39,000 nt of DNA, from assembly GCF_004010195.1 (NCBI RefSeq), contig NW_025214096.1:1-39000 (forward strand), given 5' to 3'. This DNA is from Chiloscyllium plagiosum. Lineage: Eukaryota. A model generated the notes under the pieces. The model saw only the letters and a list, made by a program, of their open reading frames with translations, did not search any database and was not told where the DNA came from. Shown piece after piece: positions 1-11,289 of this stretch (positions are counted from its first letter, which is position 1; each line of letters begins with the position of its first letter). The translations under genes and the position numbers were made by a program.

Positions 1-60
1 GGGCTAATGGTAAGACTCCTGGAAAACTGGGACTGTTTCTGGGGAAGTTGGGACTGTTTC

Positions 61-1682
61 TGCAGGTGCTGAAGATTAAAGTCAAGAGTGTGGTGCTGGA
101 AAAGCAGAGCTGGTCAGGCAGCATCCGAGCAGCAGGAAAATTGATGTTTTGGGCAAAAGCCCTTCATCAGGAATGAGGTGGGAGCCTCAGGTGCAAAGAT
201 AAATGGGAGAGGAGTGGGGCTGGGGGGAAAGAAGCTGAGACAGCAATAGGTGGATGGAGGTGGGAGTAAAGGTGATAGGTCGGAGGGGAGGATGGTATAG
301 ATAGGTGGGAAGGAAGATGGACAGATAGCACAGGTCATGAGGACGGTGCTGAGCTGGAAGATTGGAACTGGGGTAAGGTGGTGAGGGGGAAATGAGAAAA
401 CTGGTGAAATCCACATTGATGCCCTGGGGTTGAAGGGTCCCGAGGTGGAGGATGAGACGTTCTTCCTCCAGTCAATGGGTGATAGGGAGTGGCGATGGAG
501 GAAACCCAGAATCTGCATGCTTTTGGCAGAGTGGGAGGGGATGTTGAAGTGTTGGGCCACAGAGTGGTGAGGTTGGTTCGTGCGGGTGTCCCGGAGATAT
601 TCTCTGAAGCACTCTGGGAGTAGGCGTCCTGTCACCCTAATGCAGAGGAGGCCACATCGAGAGCAATTGATACAGTAAATGGCATGTGTGGAAGTGCAGA
701 TGAAATTTTGATGGATGTAGAAGGCTCCTTTAGGGCCTTGGATGGAGGTGAGGGAGGAGGTGTGGGCACAGGTTTTGCAATTCCTGCAGTGGCAGGGGAA
801 GGAGCCCGGAGGGGAGGGTGAGTTGTTGGGGGACGTGGACCTGACAAGGGAGTCGCGGAGGGAACGGTCTTTGCGGATAGTGGATTAGAGGTGGGGAGAG
901 AAATATACCCCTGGTGGTGGGGTCCATTTGTAGGTGGCGGAAATGGCAGAGGATGATGCGCTATATATGGAGGTTGGTGGGATGGAAGATGAGGACCAGG
1001 GGGTTCTGTCCTTATTGCGATTGGAGGGGTAGGGCTTAAGGGTAGAGATGTGTGGAAGTGGATGAGATGCGCTAGAGAGTATCATCAATTTGAGGCGGCT
1101 GGGTGGCTCAGTGGTTAGCACTGTTGCCTCACAGTACCGCGGTCCCAGGTTCAATTCCAGCCTCTGGCGACTGTCTGTGTGGAGTTTGCACATTCTCCCC
1201 GTGTCTGTGTGGGTTTCCTCTGGGCAGGACAGGTGAATTGGTCATGCTACTTTGCCCGTGGTGTTAGGTGCATTAATCAGAGGGAAATGGGTCTGGGTCG
1301 GTTACTCTTCGGAGGGTTGGTGTGGACTTGTTGGGCCAAGGGGCCTATTTCCGCACTGTAGGGAATCCAATCTGTGCAACCATGTGGGAGGGGAAATTGC
1401 AGTCTTTAAAGAGGGAGACCATCTGTGTGTTCTGTGGTGTAAGTGGTCCTCCTGGGAGCAGAGGCGGAAGAATTGGAAATACGGGGTAGCATTTTTGTAG
1501 GAGGGAGATTGGGACGAGGTGTACACCAGGTAGCTGTGGGAGTCGGTGAGTTTGTAGAAAATGTCAGTGTTGAGTCAGTCAATGTTGATGGAGATGGAGA
1601 GGTCCAAGAAGGGCAGAGGGGTGTCAGAGATGGTCCAGGTGAGTTGAAGGTCAGAGTGGAATGTATTGGTGAAGTTGATGAA
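61..1682 (-). mobile_element. Penelope-like element (Neptune-like), 5'-truncated and decayed; end of RT, GIY-YIG region and 3' terminal repeat; interrupted by a SINE
   Basis: Minus-strand translations include FREYLRDTRTNQPHHSVAQHFNIPSHS, PYFQFFRLCSQED and PSNRNKDRTP, homologous to the + strand copy at 13049-14846. The terminus at 61-180 matches the shared PLE end with a degenerate hammerhead core (CTGATGA at 170..164). Confidence 0.85.
1094..1373 (+). mobile_element. tRNA-derived SINE (HE1/V-SINE-like) with an internal deletion, inserted in the PLE
   Basis: A box TGGCTCAGTGG, B box GGTTCAATTCC, central GTCTGTGTGGAGTTTGCACATTCTCCCCGTGTCTG, CR1-like 3' tail ending AATCCAATCT; homologous to 28189-28476 and 32844-33147. 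Confidence 0.85.
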
Positions 1683-4600
1683 ATTATTCATGTGGCTCTA
1701 TCACCAATCCACTGTGTCAGTGTTACATTATTCATGTGGCTCTATCACCAATCCACTGTGTCAGTGTTACATTATTCATGTGGCTCTATCACCAATCCAC
1801 TGTGTCAGTGTTACATTATTCATGTGGCTCTATCACCAATCCACTGTGTCAGTGTTACATTATTCATGTGGCTCTATCACCAATCCACTGTGTCAGTGTT
1901 ACATTATTCATGTGGCTCTATCACCAATCCACTGTGTCAGTGTTACATTATTCATGTGGCTCTATCACCAATCCACTGTGTCAGTGTTACATTATTCATG
2001 TGGCTCTATCACCAATCCACTGTGTCAGTGTTACATTATTCATGTGGCTCTATCACCAATCCACTGTGTCAGTGTTACATTATTCATGTGGCTCTATCAC
2101 CAATCCACTGTGTCAGTGTTACATTATTCATGTGGCTCTATCACCAATCCACTGTGTCAGTGTTACATTATTCATGTGGCTCTATCACCAATCCACTGTG
2201 TCAGTGTTACATTATTCATGTGGCTCTATCACCAATCCACTGTGTCAGTGTTACATTATTCATGTGGCTCTATCACCAATCCACTGTGTCAGTGTTACAT
2301 TATTCATGTGGCTCTATCACCAATCCACTGTGTCAGTGTTACATTATTCATGTGGCTCTATCACCAATCCACTGTGTCAGTGTTACATTATTCATGTGGC
2401 TCTATCACCAATCCACTGTGTCAGTGTTACATTATTCATGTGGCTCTATCACCAATCCACTGTGTCAGTGTTACATTATTCATGTGGCTCTATCACCAAT
2501 CCACTGTGTCAGTGTTACATTATTCATGTGGCTCTATCACCAATCCACTGTGTCAGTGTTACATTATTCATGTGGCTCTATCACCAATCCACTGTGTCAG
2601 TGTTACATTATTCATGTGGCTCTATCACCAATCCACTGTGTCAGTGTTACATTATTCATGTGGCTCTATCACCAATCCACTGTGTCAGTGTTACATTATT
2701 CATGTGGCTCTATCACCAATCCACTGTGTCAGTGTTACATTATTCATGTGGCTCTATCACCAATCCACTGTGTCAGTGTTACATTATTCATGTGGCTCTA
2801 TCACCAATCCACTGTGTCAGTGTTACATTATTCATGTGGCTCTATCACCAATCCACTGTGTCAGTGTTACATTATTCATGTGGCTCTATCACCAATCCAC
2901 TGTGTCAGTGTTACATTATTCATGTGGCTCTATCACCAATCCACTGTGTCAGTGTTACATTATTCATGTGGCTCTATCACCAATCCACTGTGTCAGTGTT
3001 ACATTATTCATGTGGCTCTATCACCAATCCACTGTGTCAGTGTTACATTATTCATGTGGCTCTATCACCAATCCACTGTGTCAGTGTTACATTATTCATG
3101 TGGCTCTATCACCAATCCACTGTGTCAGTGTTACATTATTCATGTGGCTCTATCACCAATCCACTGTGTCAGTGTTACATTATTCATGTGGCTCTATCAC
3201 CAATCCACTGTGTCAGTGTTACATTATTCATGTGGCTCTATCACCAATCCACTGTGTCAGTGTTACATTATTCATGTGGCTCTATCACCAATCCACTGTG
3301 TCAGTGTTACATTATTCATGTGGCTCTATCACCAATCCACTGTGTCAGTGTTACATTATTCATGTGGCTCTATCACCAATCCACTGTGTCAGTGTTACAT
3401 TATTCATGTGGCTCTATCACCAATCCACTGTGTCAGTGTTACATTATTCATGTGGCTCTATCACCAATCCACTGTGTCAGTGTTACATTATTCATGTGGC
3501 TCTATCACCAATCCACTGTGTCAGTGTTACATTATTCATGTGGCTCTATCACCAATCCACTGTGTCAGTGTTACATTATTCATGTGGCTCTATCACCAAT
3601 CCACTGTGTCAGTGTTACATTATTCATGTGGCTCTATCACCAATCCACTGTGTCAGTGTTACATTATTCATGTGGCTCTATCACCAATCCACTGTGTCAG
3701 TGTTACATTATTCATGTGGCTCTATCACCAATCCACTGTGTCAGTGTTACATTATTCATGTGGCTCTATCACCAATCCACTGTGTCAGTGTTACATTATT
3801 CATGTGGCTCTATCACCAATCCACTGTGTCAGTGTTACATTATTCATGTGGCTCTATCACCAATCCACTGTGTCAGTGTTACATTATTCATGTGGCTCTA
3901 TCACCAATCCACTGTGTCAGTGTTACATTATTCATGTGGCTCTATCACCAATCCACTGTGTCAGTGTTACATTATTCATGTGGCTCTATCACCAATCCAC
4001 TGTGTCAGTGTTACATTATTCATGTGGCTCTATCACCAATCCACTGTGTCAGTGTTACATTATTCATGTGGCTCTATCACCAATCCACTGTGTCAGTGTT
4101 ACATTATTCATGTGGCTCTATCACCAATCCACTGTGTCAGTGTTACATTATTCATGTGGCTCTATCACCAATCCACTGTGTCAGTGTTACATTATTCATG
4201 TGGCTCTATCACCAATCCACTGTGTCAGTGTTACATTATTCATGTGGCTCTATCACCAATCCACTGTGTCAGTGTTACATTATTCATGTGGCTCTATCAC
4301 CAATCCACTGTGTCAGTGTTACATTATTCATGTGGCTCTATCACCAATCCACTGTGTCAGTGTTACATTATTCATGTGGCTCTATCACCAATCCACTGTG
4401 TCAGTGTTACATTATTCATGTGGCTCTATCACCAATCCACTGTGTCAGTGTTACATTATTCATGTGGCTCTATCACCAATCCACTGTGTCAGTGTTACAT
4501 TATTCATGTGGCTCTATCACCAATCCACTGTGTCAGTGTTACATTATTCATGTGGCTCTATCACCAATCCACTGTGTCAGTGTTACATTATTCATGTGGC

Positions 4601-7600
4601 TCTATCACCAATCCACTGTGTCAGTGTTACATTATTCATGTGGCTCTATCACCAATCCACTGTGTCAGTGTTACATTATTCATGTGGCTCTATCACCAAT
4701 CCACTGTGTCAGTGTTACATTATTCATGTGGCTCTATCACCAATCCACTGTGTCAGTGTTACATTATTCATGTGGCTCTATCACCAATCCACTGTGTCAG
4801 TGTTACATTATTCATGTGGCTCTATCACCAATCCACTGTGTCAGTGTTACATTATTCATGTGGCTCTATCACCAATCCACTGTGTCAGTGTTACATTATT
4901 CATGTGGCTCTATCACCAATCCACTGTGTCAGTGTTACATTATTCATGTGGCTCTATCACCAATCCACTGTGTCAGTGTTACATTATTCATGTGGCTCTA
5001 TCACCAATCCACTGTGTCAGTGTTACATTATTCATGTGGCTCTATCACCAATCCACTGTGTCAGTGTTACATTATTCATGTGGCTCTATCACCAATCCAC
5101 TGTGTCAGTGTTACATTATTCATGTGGCTCTATCACCAATCCACTGTGTCAGTGTTACATTATTCATGTGGCTCTATCACCAATCCACTGTGTCAGTGTT
5201 ACATTATTCATGTGGCTCTATCACCAATCCACTGTGTCAGTGTTACATTATTCATGTGGCTCTATCACCAATCCACTGTGTCAGTGTTACATTATTCATG
5301 TGGCTCTATCACCAATCCACTGTGTCAGTGTTACATTATTCATGTGGCTCTATCACCAATCCACTGTGTCAGTGTTACATTATTCATGTGGCTCTATCAC
5401 CAATCCACTGTGTCAGTGTTACATTATTCATGTGGCTCTATCACCAATCCACTGTGTCAGTGTTACATTATTCATGTGGCTCTATCACCAATCCACTGTG
5501 TCAGTGTTACATTATTCATGTGGCTCTATCACCAATCCACTGTGTCAGTGTTACATTATTCATGTGGCTCTATCACCAATCCACTGTGTCAGTGTTACAT
5601 TATTCATGTGGCTCTATCACCAATCCACTGTGTCAGTGTTACATTATTCATGTGGCTCTATCACCAATCCACTGTGTCAGTGTTACATTATTCATGTGGC
5701 TCTATCACCAATCCACTGTGTCAGTGTTACATTATTCATGTGGCTCTATCACCAATCCACTGTGTCAGTGTTACATTATTCATGTGGCTCTATCACCAAT
5801 CCACTGTGTCAGTGTTACATTATTCATGTGGCTCTATCACCAATCCACTGTGTCAGTGTTACATTATTCATGTGGCTCTATCACCAATCCACTGTGTCAG
5901 TGTTACATTATTCATGTGGCTCTATCACCAATCCACTGTGTCAGTGTTACATTATTCATGTGGCTCTATCACCAATCCACTGTGTCAGTGTTACATTATT
6001 CATGTGGCTCTATCACCAATCCACTGTGTCAGTGTTACATTATTCATGTGGCTCTATCACCAATCCACTGTGTCAGTGTTACATTATTCATGTGGCTCTA
6101 TCACCAATCCACTGTGTCAGTGTTACATTATTCATGTGGCTCTATCACCAATCCACTGTGTCAGTGTTACATTATTCATGTGGCTCTATCACCAATCCAC
6201 TGTGTCAGTGTTACATTATTCATGTGGCTCTATCACCAATCCACTGTGTCAGTGTTACATTATTCATGTGGCTCTATCACCAATCCACTGTGTCAGTGTT
6301 ACATTATTCATGTGGCTCTATCACCAATCCACTGTGTCAGTGTTACATTATTCATGTGGCTCTATCACCAATCCACTGTGTCAGTGTTACATTATTCATG
6401 TGGCTCTATCACCAATCCACTGTGTCAGTGTTACATTATTCATGTGGCTCTATCACCAATCCACTGTGTCAGTGTTACATTATTCATGTGGCTCTATCAC
6501 CAATCCACTGTGTCAGTGTTACATTATTCATGTGGCTCTATCACCAATCCACTGTGTCAGTGTTACATTATTCATGTGGCTCTATCACCAATCCACTGTG
6601 TCAGTGTTACATTATTCATGTGGCTCTATCACCAATCCACTGTGTCAGTGTTACATTATTCATGTGGCTCTATCACCAATCCACTGTGTCAGTGTTACAT
6701 TATTCATGTGGCTCTATCACCAATCCACTGTGTCAGTGTTACATTATTCATGTGGCTCTATCACCAATCCACTGTGTCAGTGTTACATTATTCATGTGGC
6801 TCTATCACCAATCCACTGTGTCAGTGTTACATTATTCATGTGGCTCTATCACCAATCCACTGTGTCAGTGTTACATTATTCATGTGGCTCTATCACCAAT
6901 CCACTGTGTCAGTGTTACATTATTCATGTGGCTCTATCACCAATCCACTGTGTCAGTGTTACATTATTCATGTGGCTCTATCACCAATCCACTGTGTCAG
7001 TGTTACATTATTCATGTGGCTCTATCACCAATCCACTGTGTCAGTGTTACATTATTCATGTGGCTCTATCACCAATCCACTGTGTCAGTGTTACATTATT
7101 CATGTGGCTCTATCACCAATCCACTGTGTCAGTGTTACATTATTCATGTGGCTCTATCACCAATCCACTGTGTCAGTGTTACATTATTCATGTGGCTCTA
7201 TCACCAATCCACTGTGTCAGTGTTACATTATTCATGTGGCTCTATCACCAATCCACTGTGTCAGTGTTACATTATTCATGTGGCTCTATCACCAATCCAC
7301 TGTGTCAGTGTTACATTATTCATGTGGCTCTATCACCAATCCACTGTGTCAGTGTTACATTATTCATGTGGCTCTATCACCAATCCACTGTGTCAGTGAT
7401 ACATTATTATCCCAGCTCTATCACCAATCCACTGTATCAGTGTTACGTTATTAACACAGGTCCATTACCAATCCACTGTGTCAGTGTTACGGTATTAACA
7501 CAGCTCTATCACCAATCCACTGTGTTAGTGTTACATTATTAACACAGGTCCATTACCAATGCACTGTGTCAGTGATACATTATTAACACAGCTCTATCAC

Positions 7601-7716
7601 CAATCCACTGTGTTAGTGTTACGTTATTAACACAGCTCTATCACCAATCCACTGTGTCAGTGTTACATTATCAACCCAGCTCCATCACCAATCTGCAGTG
7701 TCAGCGTTACATTATT
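1683..7716. repeat. 44-bp tandem satellite, about 137 units
   Basis: Unit ATTATTCATGTGGCTCTATCACCAATCCACTGTGTCAGTGTTAC. No mismatch seen from 1683 to 7398 (about 130 units; printed lines recur every 660 bp), then about 7 diverged units to 7716. Confidence 0.99.
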
Positions 7717-7983
7717 AAAAGGCAGGTTCTTGTCCCACTTTCATATTGAGAATATCCTCTACTGCACTGTGTGGTACTAAAAGGAACAGTCTTCCAACAC
7801 ATATACCACCTGAAGTTCGGGTATTCATGCGTTGCCCTGGGCCTTCAACAGCAGCAGAATTGTACCCCAACACAATCTGCAACTTCATCGTCTGTTCTAT
7901 GGATGGCAACTGCTTCGTGGAGTTATCACTGCAGCGTTAATCCAAAGTTATGATAATGTTCTGAGAAAGCGGTGTCGAGTTCC

Positions 7984-8243
7984 ACTCTGGCAGAATTTGA
8001 ATTCAATGAAAATTTGGAATTAAGAGTCTACTGATGACCTCAAATCCATTGTCGAATTTTGGGCAAAACCGTGTGTTTCACTCATGTCCTTTAGAAAATC
8101 TGCCACTCTTAAATCATCTGACCGACATGACACTGCAGATCCACAGAAATGTGGTTGAGTATTAACTACCCTCCGGGCAATTAGAGATGGGAAATAAATG
8201 CTGGCTAACCCAGTGATACTCTCATGCCACGAATAAAGAAAAA
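7984..8243 (+). mobile_element. Degenerate SINE of a second family (elasmobranch type, LINE-derived 3' tail)
   Basis: Ends GGGCAATTAGAGATGGGAAATAAATGCTGGCTAACCCAGTGAT...GAATAAAGAAAA, resembling a common shark SINE/LINE tail recalled from memory; related tail fragments occur near 14855-14890 and, inverted, near 20350-20510. Confidence 0.55.
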
Positions 8244-8377
8244 CATCCACCATCAAAACAGTACTATGAAGCCAGCTTTCCACCCTAGATCAATGGACAG
8301 TGCAGGAGGGTGTGCCAGGAGCAACACCAGGTGCAACAGAAAATGTGGACTCAACCTGAAGTTATCAAACAGGACTG

Positions 8378-8526
8378 TGAAGAGTGTGGTGCTGGAAAAG
8401 CATCAAAAGGCCAGGCAGCATCTGAGGAGCAGGAAAATCAATGTTTTAGACAAAAGCCCTTCATCAGGAATCCAGCACCACACTCTCGATTCTAATCTCC
8501 AATATCAGCAGTACTCACTTTCACCT
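8378..8526. mobile_element. Short PLE-terminus-derived element with inverted halves
   Basis: 8378-8471 is the minus-strand PLE end (TGGTGCTGGAAAAG...CCCTTCATCAGGAAT); 8471-8526 is the plus-strand PLE end (CCAGCACCACACTCTCGA...CACTTTCACCT). Confidence 0.7.
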
Positions 8527-8859
8527 AGGATTACTTTCATGTCAAACAATATAAGCTGTAAGTGATATAACATAGAACAATACAGCACAGTACAGGTTCT
8601 TTGGTCCATGATGTTATGCCAAGCATTTATTCTCATCTAAGATCAACCTAACCTACACACCCCTCAATTTACTGCCGTCCATGTACTCGGTCAGCAGTAG
8701 CTTCAATGTCTCATGTCTCTGACTCTACTACCACTGCTAGCAGCGCATTCCACACACCCAGCACTCCCTGCATAAAGAACTTACCTCTGACATCTCCCCT
8801 AAACCTTGTTCCGACATTTTAAAATTATTTCCACTTATGATAGCCATTTCTGCTCTGGC

Positions 8860-9066
8860 TCAAGATTAGAGTGGTGCTAGAAAAACACAGCAGATCATGC
8901 AGCATCCGAAGAGCAGGAAAATTGACGTTTTGTGCAAAAGCTCTTCTTCAGGGCCCGAAACATTGATTTTCCTGCTCCTCAGATGCTGTCTGACCTGCTG
9001 TGCTTTTCCACCACCACTCTAATCTTGACCCTGATCTCCAGGACCTGCAGTTCCCACTTTTGCCTC
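8860..9066. mobile_element. Palindromic PLE-terminus element inserted in CR1
   Basis: TCAAGATTAGAGTGGTG at the left end is the reverse complement of CACCACTCTAATCTTGA near 9012-9029; the centre carries hammerhead remnants (TCTTCAG / GGCCCGAAAC). Confidence 0.8.
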
Positions 9067-10427
9067 AAAATCTCTAGCTATCTACTCTATCTATGTCTCT
9101 CATTAGATTGTACACCTCTATCAAGTCACCTCTCTTCCTTCTTCTCTCCAGTGTGAAAAGCCCGAGCTCACTCAACCTCTCTTCATAAGACATGCCTTCC
9201 AATCCGGGCAGCACCCTGGTAAGTCTCCTCTGCACTCTTTCTGAAGCATCGACATCCTTTTTATAGTGAGGCAACGAGAACTGGACACAATATTCCAAGT
9301 ATGGTCTAACCAGGGTTTTATGGAGCAAATCATCGTGACTCTTAAACTTAATCCCCCCTGTTAATGAAAGTCAAAATACCACACATCTTCTTAACAACAC
9401 TATCAACTCGGGTGGCAACTTTGAGGGATCTAGGTACATGGACCCCAAAGTCTCGTTGTTCCTCCACATTGCCAAGAATCCTGACTTTAGCCCTGTATTC
9501 AGCATTCAAATTCAACCTTCCAAATTAAATCACTTTGATTTAACTCGGTTGAATCAGTGCAGGCTCGAAGGGCAGAATGGCCTACTCCTGCACCTATTGT
9601 CTATAATCCCATCTGCCACTTCTCAGCCCAGCTCTGCAACCTGTCATTGTCTTATTGTAGCCTGCAACAGCCCTCGACACTATCTGCAACACCACCGGCC
9701 TTTGTGTCATCGGCAAACTTACTAACCCACCTTCCACTTCTTCGTTCAAGTCATTTATAAAAACCAGAAAGAGCAGAGGCCCAAGAACAGATCCCTGCCG
9801 GATACCACTGGTCACTGACCTCCAAGCAGAATGTTTTCCATCCACTACCACTAGCTGTCTTCTTTCAGCCAGCCAATTCTGTATCTGGACAGTCAAAGTC
9901 CGCTGTATCCTATACCTCCTAACTTTCTGAATGAGCCTACCGTGAGGAACCTGATCAAATGCCTTACTGAAATCCATATACACCACACCAACTGTTCGAT
10001 CTTCGTTAACTTGTCTTGTCAAATCTCAGTAAGGCTTGTCAGGCATGACCTGGCCCTCACAAAGCCATGCTGACTATCTTTCATCAAACAATGTTTCTCC
10101 AAATAGTCATAAATCCTACCTTTCAGTATTCTTTCCAGTAGCTTGCTGACCACACATGTAAGACTGACTGTTCTTTAATTCCCAGGGATTTCCCTATTCT
10201 CTTTCTTGAACAGAGGAACAACATTCGCCTCCCTCCAATCACCTGATACTACTCCCATGCAGAGTGAGGATGCAAAGATCATAGCCAGTGGCACAGCAAT
10301 CTTATTCCTTGCTTCCTGTAGTAACTTTGGATGTATCTGGTCTGGCCCTGTGGACTTATCTACCTTGATGCTTCCCAGAATTTCCAGCACATCCACTTTC
10401 TTAATATCAATCTGTTCAAGCCTATTA

Positions 10428-10655
10428 CCAAAAGAGAAAACGCTGGAAAATCTCATCAGGTCTGGCAGCATCTGTAAGGAGAGAAAAGAGCTGACGTTTC
10501 GAGTCTAACTGACCCTTTTTCTTAATATCAATCTGTTCAAGCCGAGTACCAAAAGAGAAAACACTGGAAAATCTCAGCAGGTCTGGCAGCATCTGTAAGG
10601 AGAGAAAAGAGCTGACATTTCGAGTCTAACTGACCCTTTGTCAAAGCTGACCCTT
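10428..10655 (-). mobile_element. Tandem pair of short PLE-like terminal fragments (another family) with a 15-bp TSD
   Basis: Two copies of CCAAAAGAGAAAAC(G/A)CTGGAAAATCTCA...GAGTCTAACTGACCCTTT; TGTTCAAGCCTATTA is duplicated at 10413-10427 and 10656-10670. Confidence 0.75.
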
Positions 10656-11289
10656 TGTTCAAGCCTATTAACCTGGTCCACAATGTTCTCATTATCAACA
10701 AGCTCCCCCTCCTTAGTGAATACTGAAGCAAAAGTCCCATTTAGAGCCTTCCCTACCTCTTCAGATTCCAGGCACAAGTTCCCTCCACTATTCTCCTTTG
10801 CCCCTCCCCTCTCTCTGATCATTCTCTTATTCCTCACACCTTTGGGTTTTTCCTAATTCTTCTCGCCAAGACTTTCTCATGGCCCCTCCTAACTCTTCTT
10901 AGTCCATTTTGAGTTCTTTCTGAGCTCCCCTGTAATCCTCTAAAGCTGTGCCAGAGGTTTGCTTCCTCAACCTTAAGTAATCTTCCTTCTTCCTCTTGAC
11001 AAGAAGCTCCTCTTGCCATCCAAGGCTCCTACATCTTACCTTAGCCTTCCTTGCCTGTTTCAGTGGGACAAATTTGCTCCTTAAACAGCCTCCACATTTC
11101 TGTAGTGCACATCTCGCAGAACAATTGTTTTCTATTTATACTTCACAGCTCCTGTACAATAGCAGTATAATTTCTCCTCCCCCAGCTAAATATCTACCCA
11201 TACTGTCTGTTCCTATCCTTCTCCATGGCGATTGTAAAGGTGAGAGACAAAAAAACCTGGGATGGCTGGAAAAAGGGAAGCCTTCAGAA

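Larger units (their letters stand above)
8565..11243 (-). mobile_element. CR1 LINE, decayed ORF2 (RT) and 3' tail, carrying several small insertions
   Basis: Minus ORFs show [64 protein letters not shown]; tail repeat AACATAGAAC at 8568. Confidence 0.92.

Noticed and set aside
1094..1165. tRNA gene (also at the 28476, 29834 and 32844 heads)
   Set aside because: The A and B boxes are followed by SINE body and tail, so these are SINE heads.
1443..7542. Three ORFs of 1,887-2,003 aa as protein-coding genes
   Set aside because: They arise from a stop-free 44-bp unit; there is no synonymous variation, all three frames are open, and the N-terminal leaders are antisense PLE sequence.
1683..7716. 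CRISPR array
   Set aside because: No unique spacers, no cas genes, eukaryotic context.
1683..7716. V(D)J recombination signal sequences (each unit has CACTGTG, the heptamer on the minus strand)
   Set aside because: The 12- and 23-bp spacer positions give AGCCACATG and TAATGTAAC, unlike the nonamer ACAAAAACC, and no V or J segments are evident.
7717..7983. Short ORFs in non-repeat-looking DNA after the satellite as an exon
   Set aside because: No recognisable domain, and the candidate minus-strand acceptor near 7960 is followed by stops in all frames.
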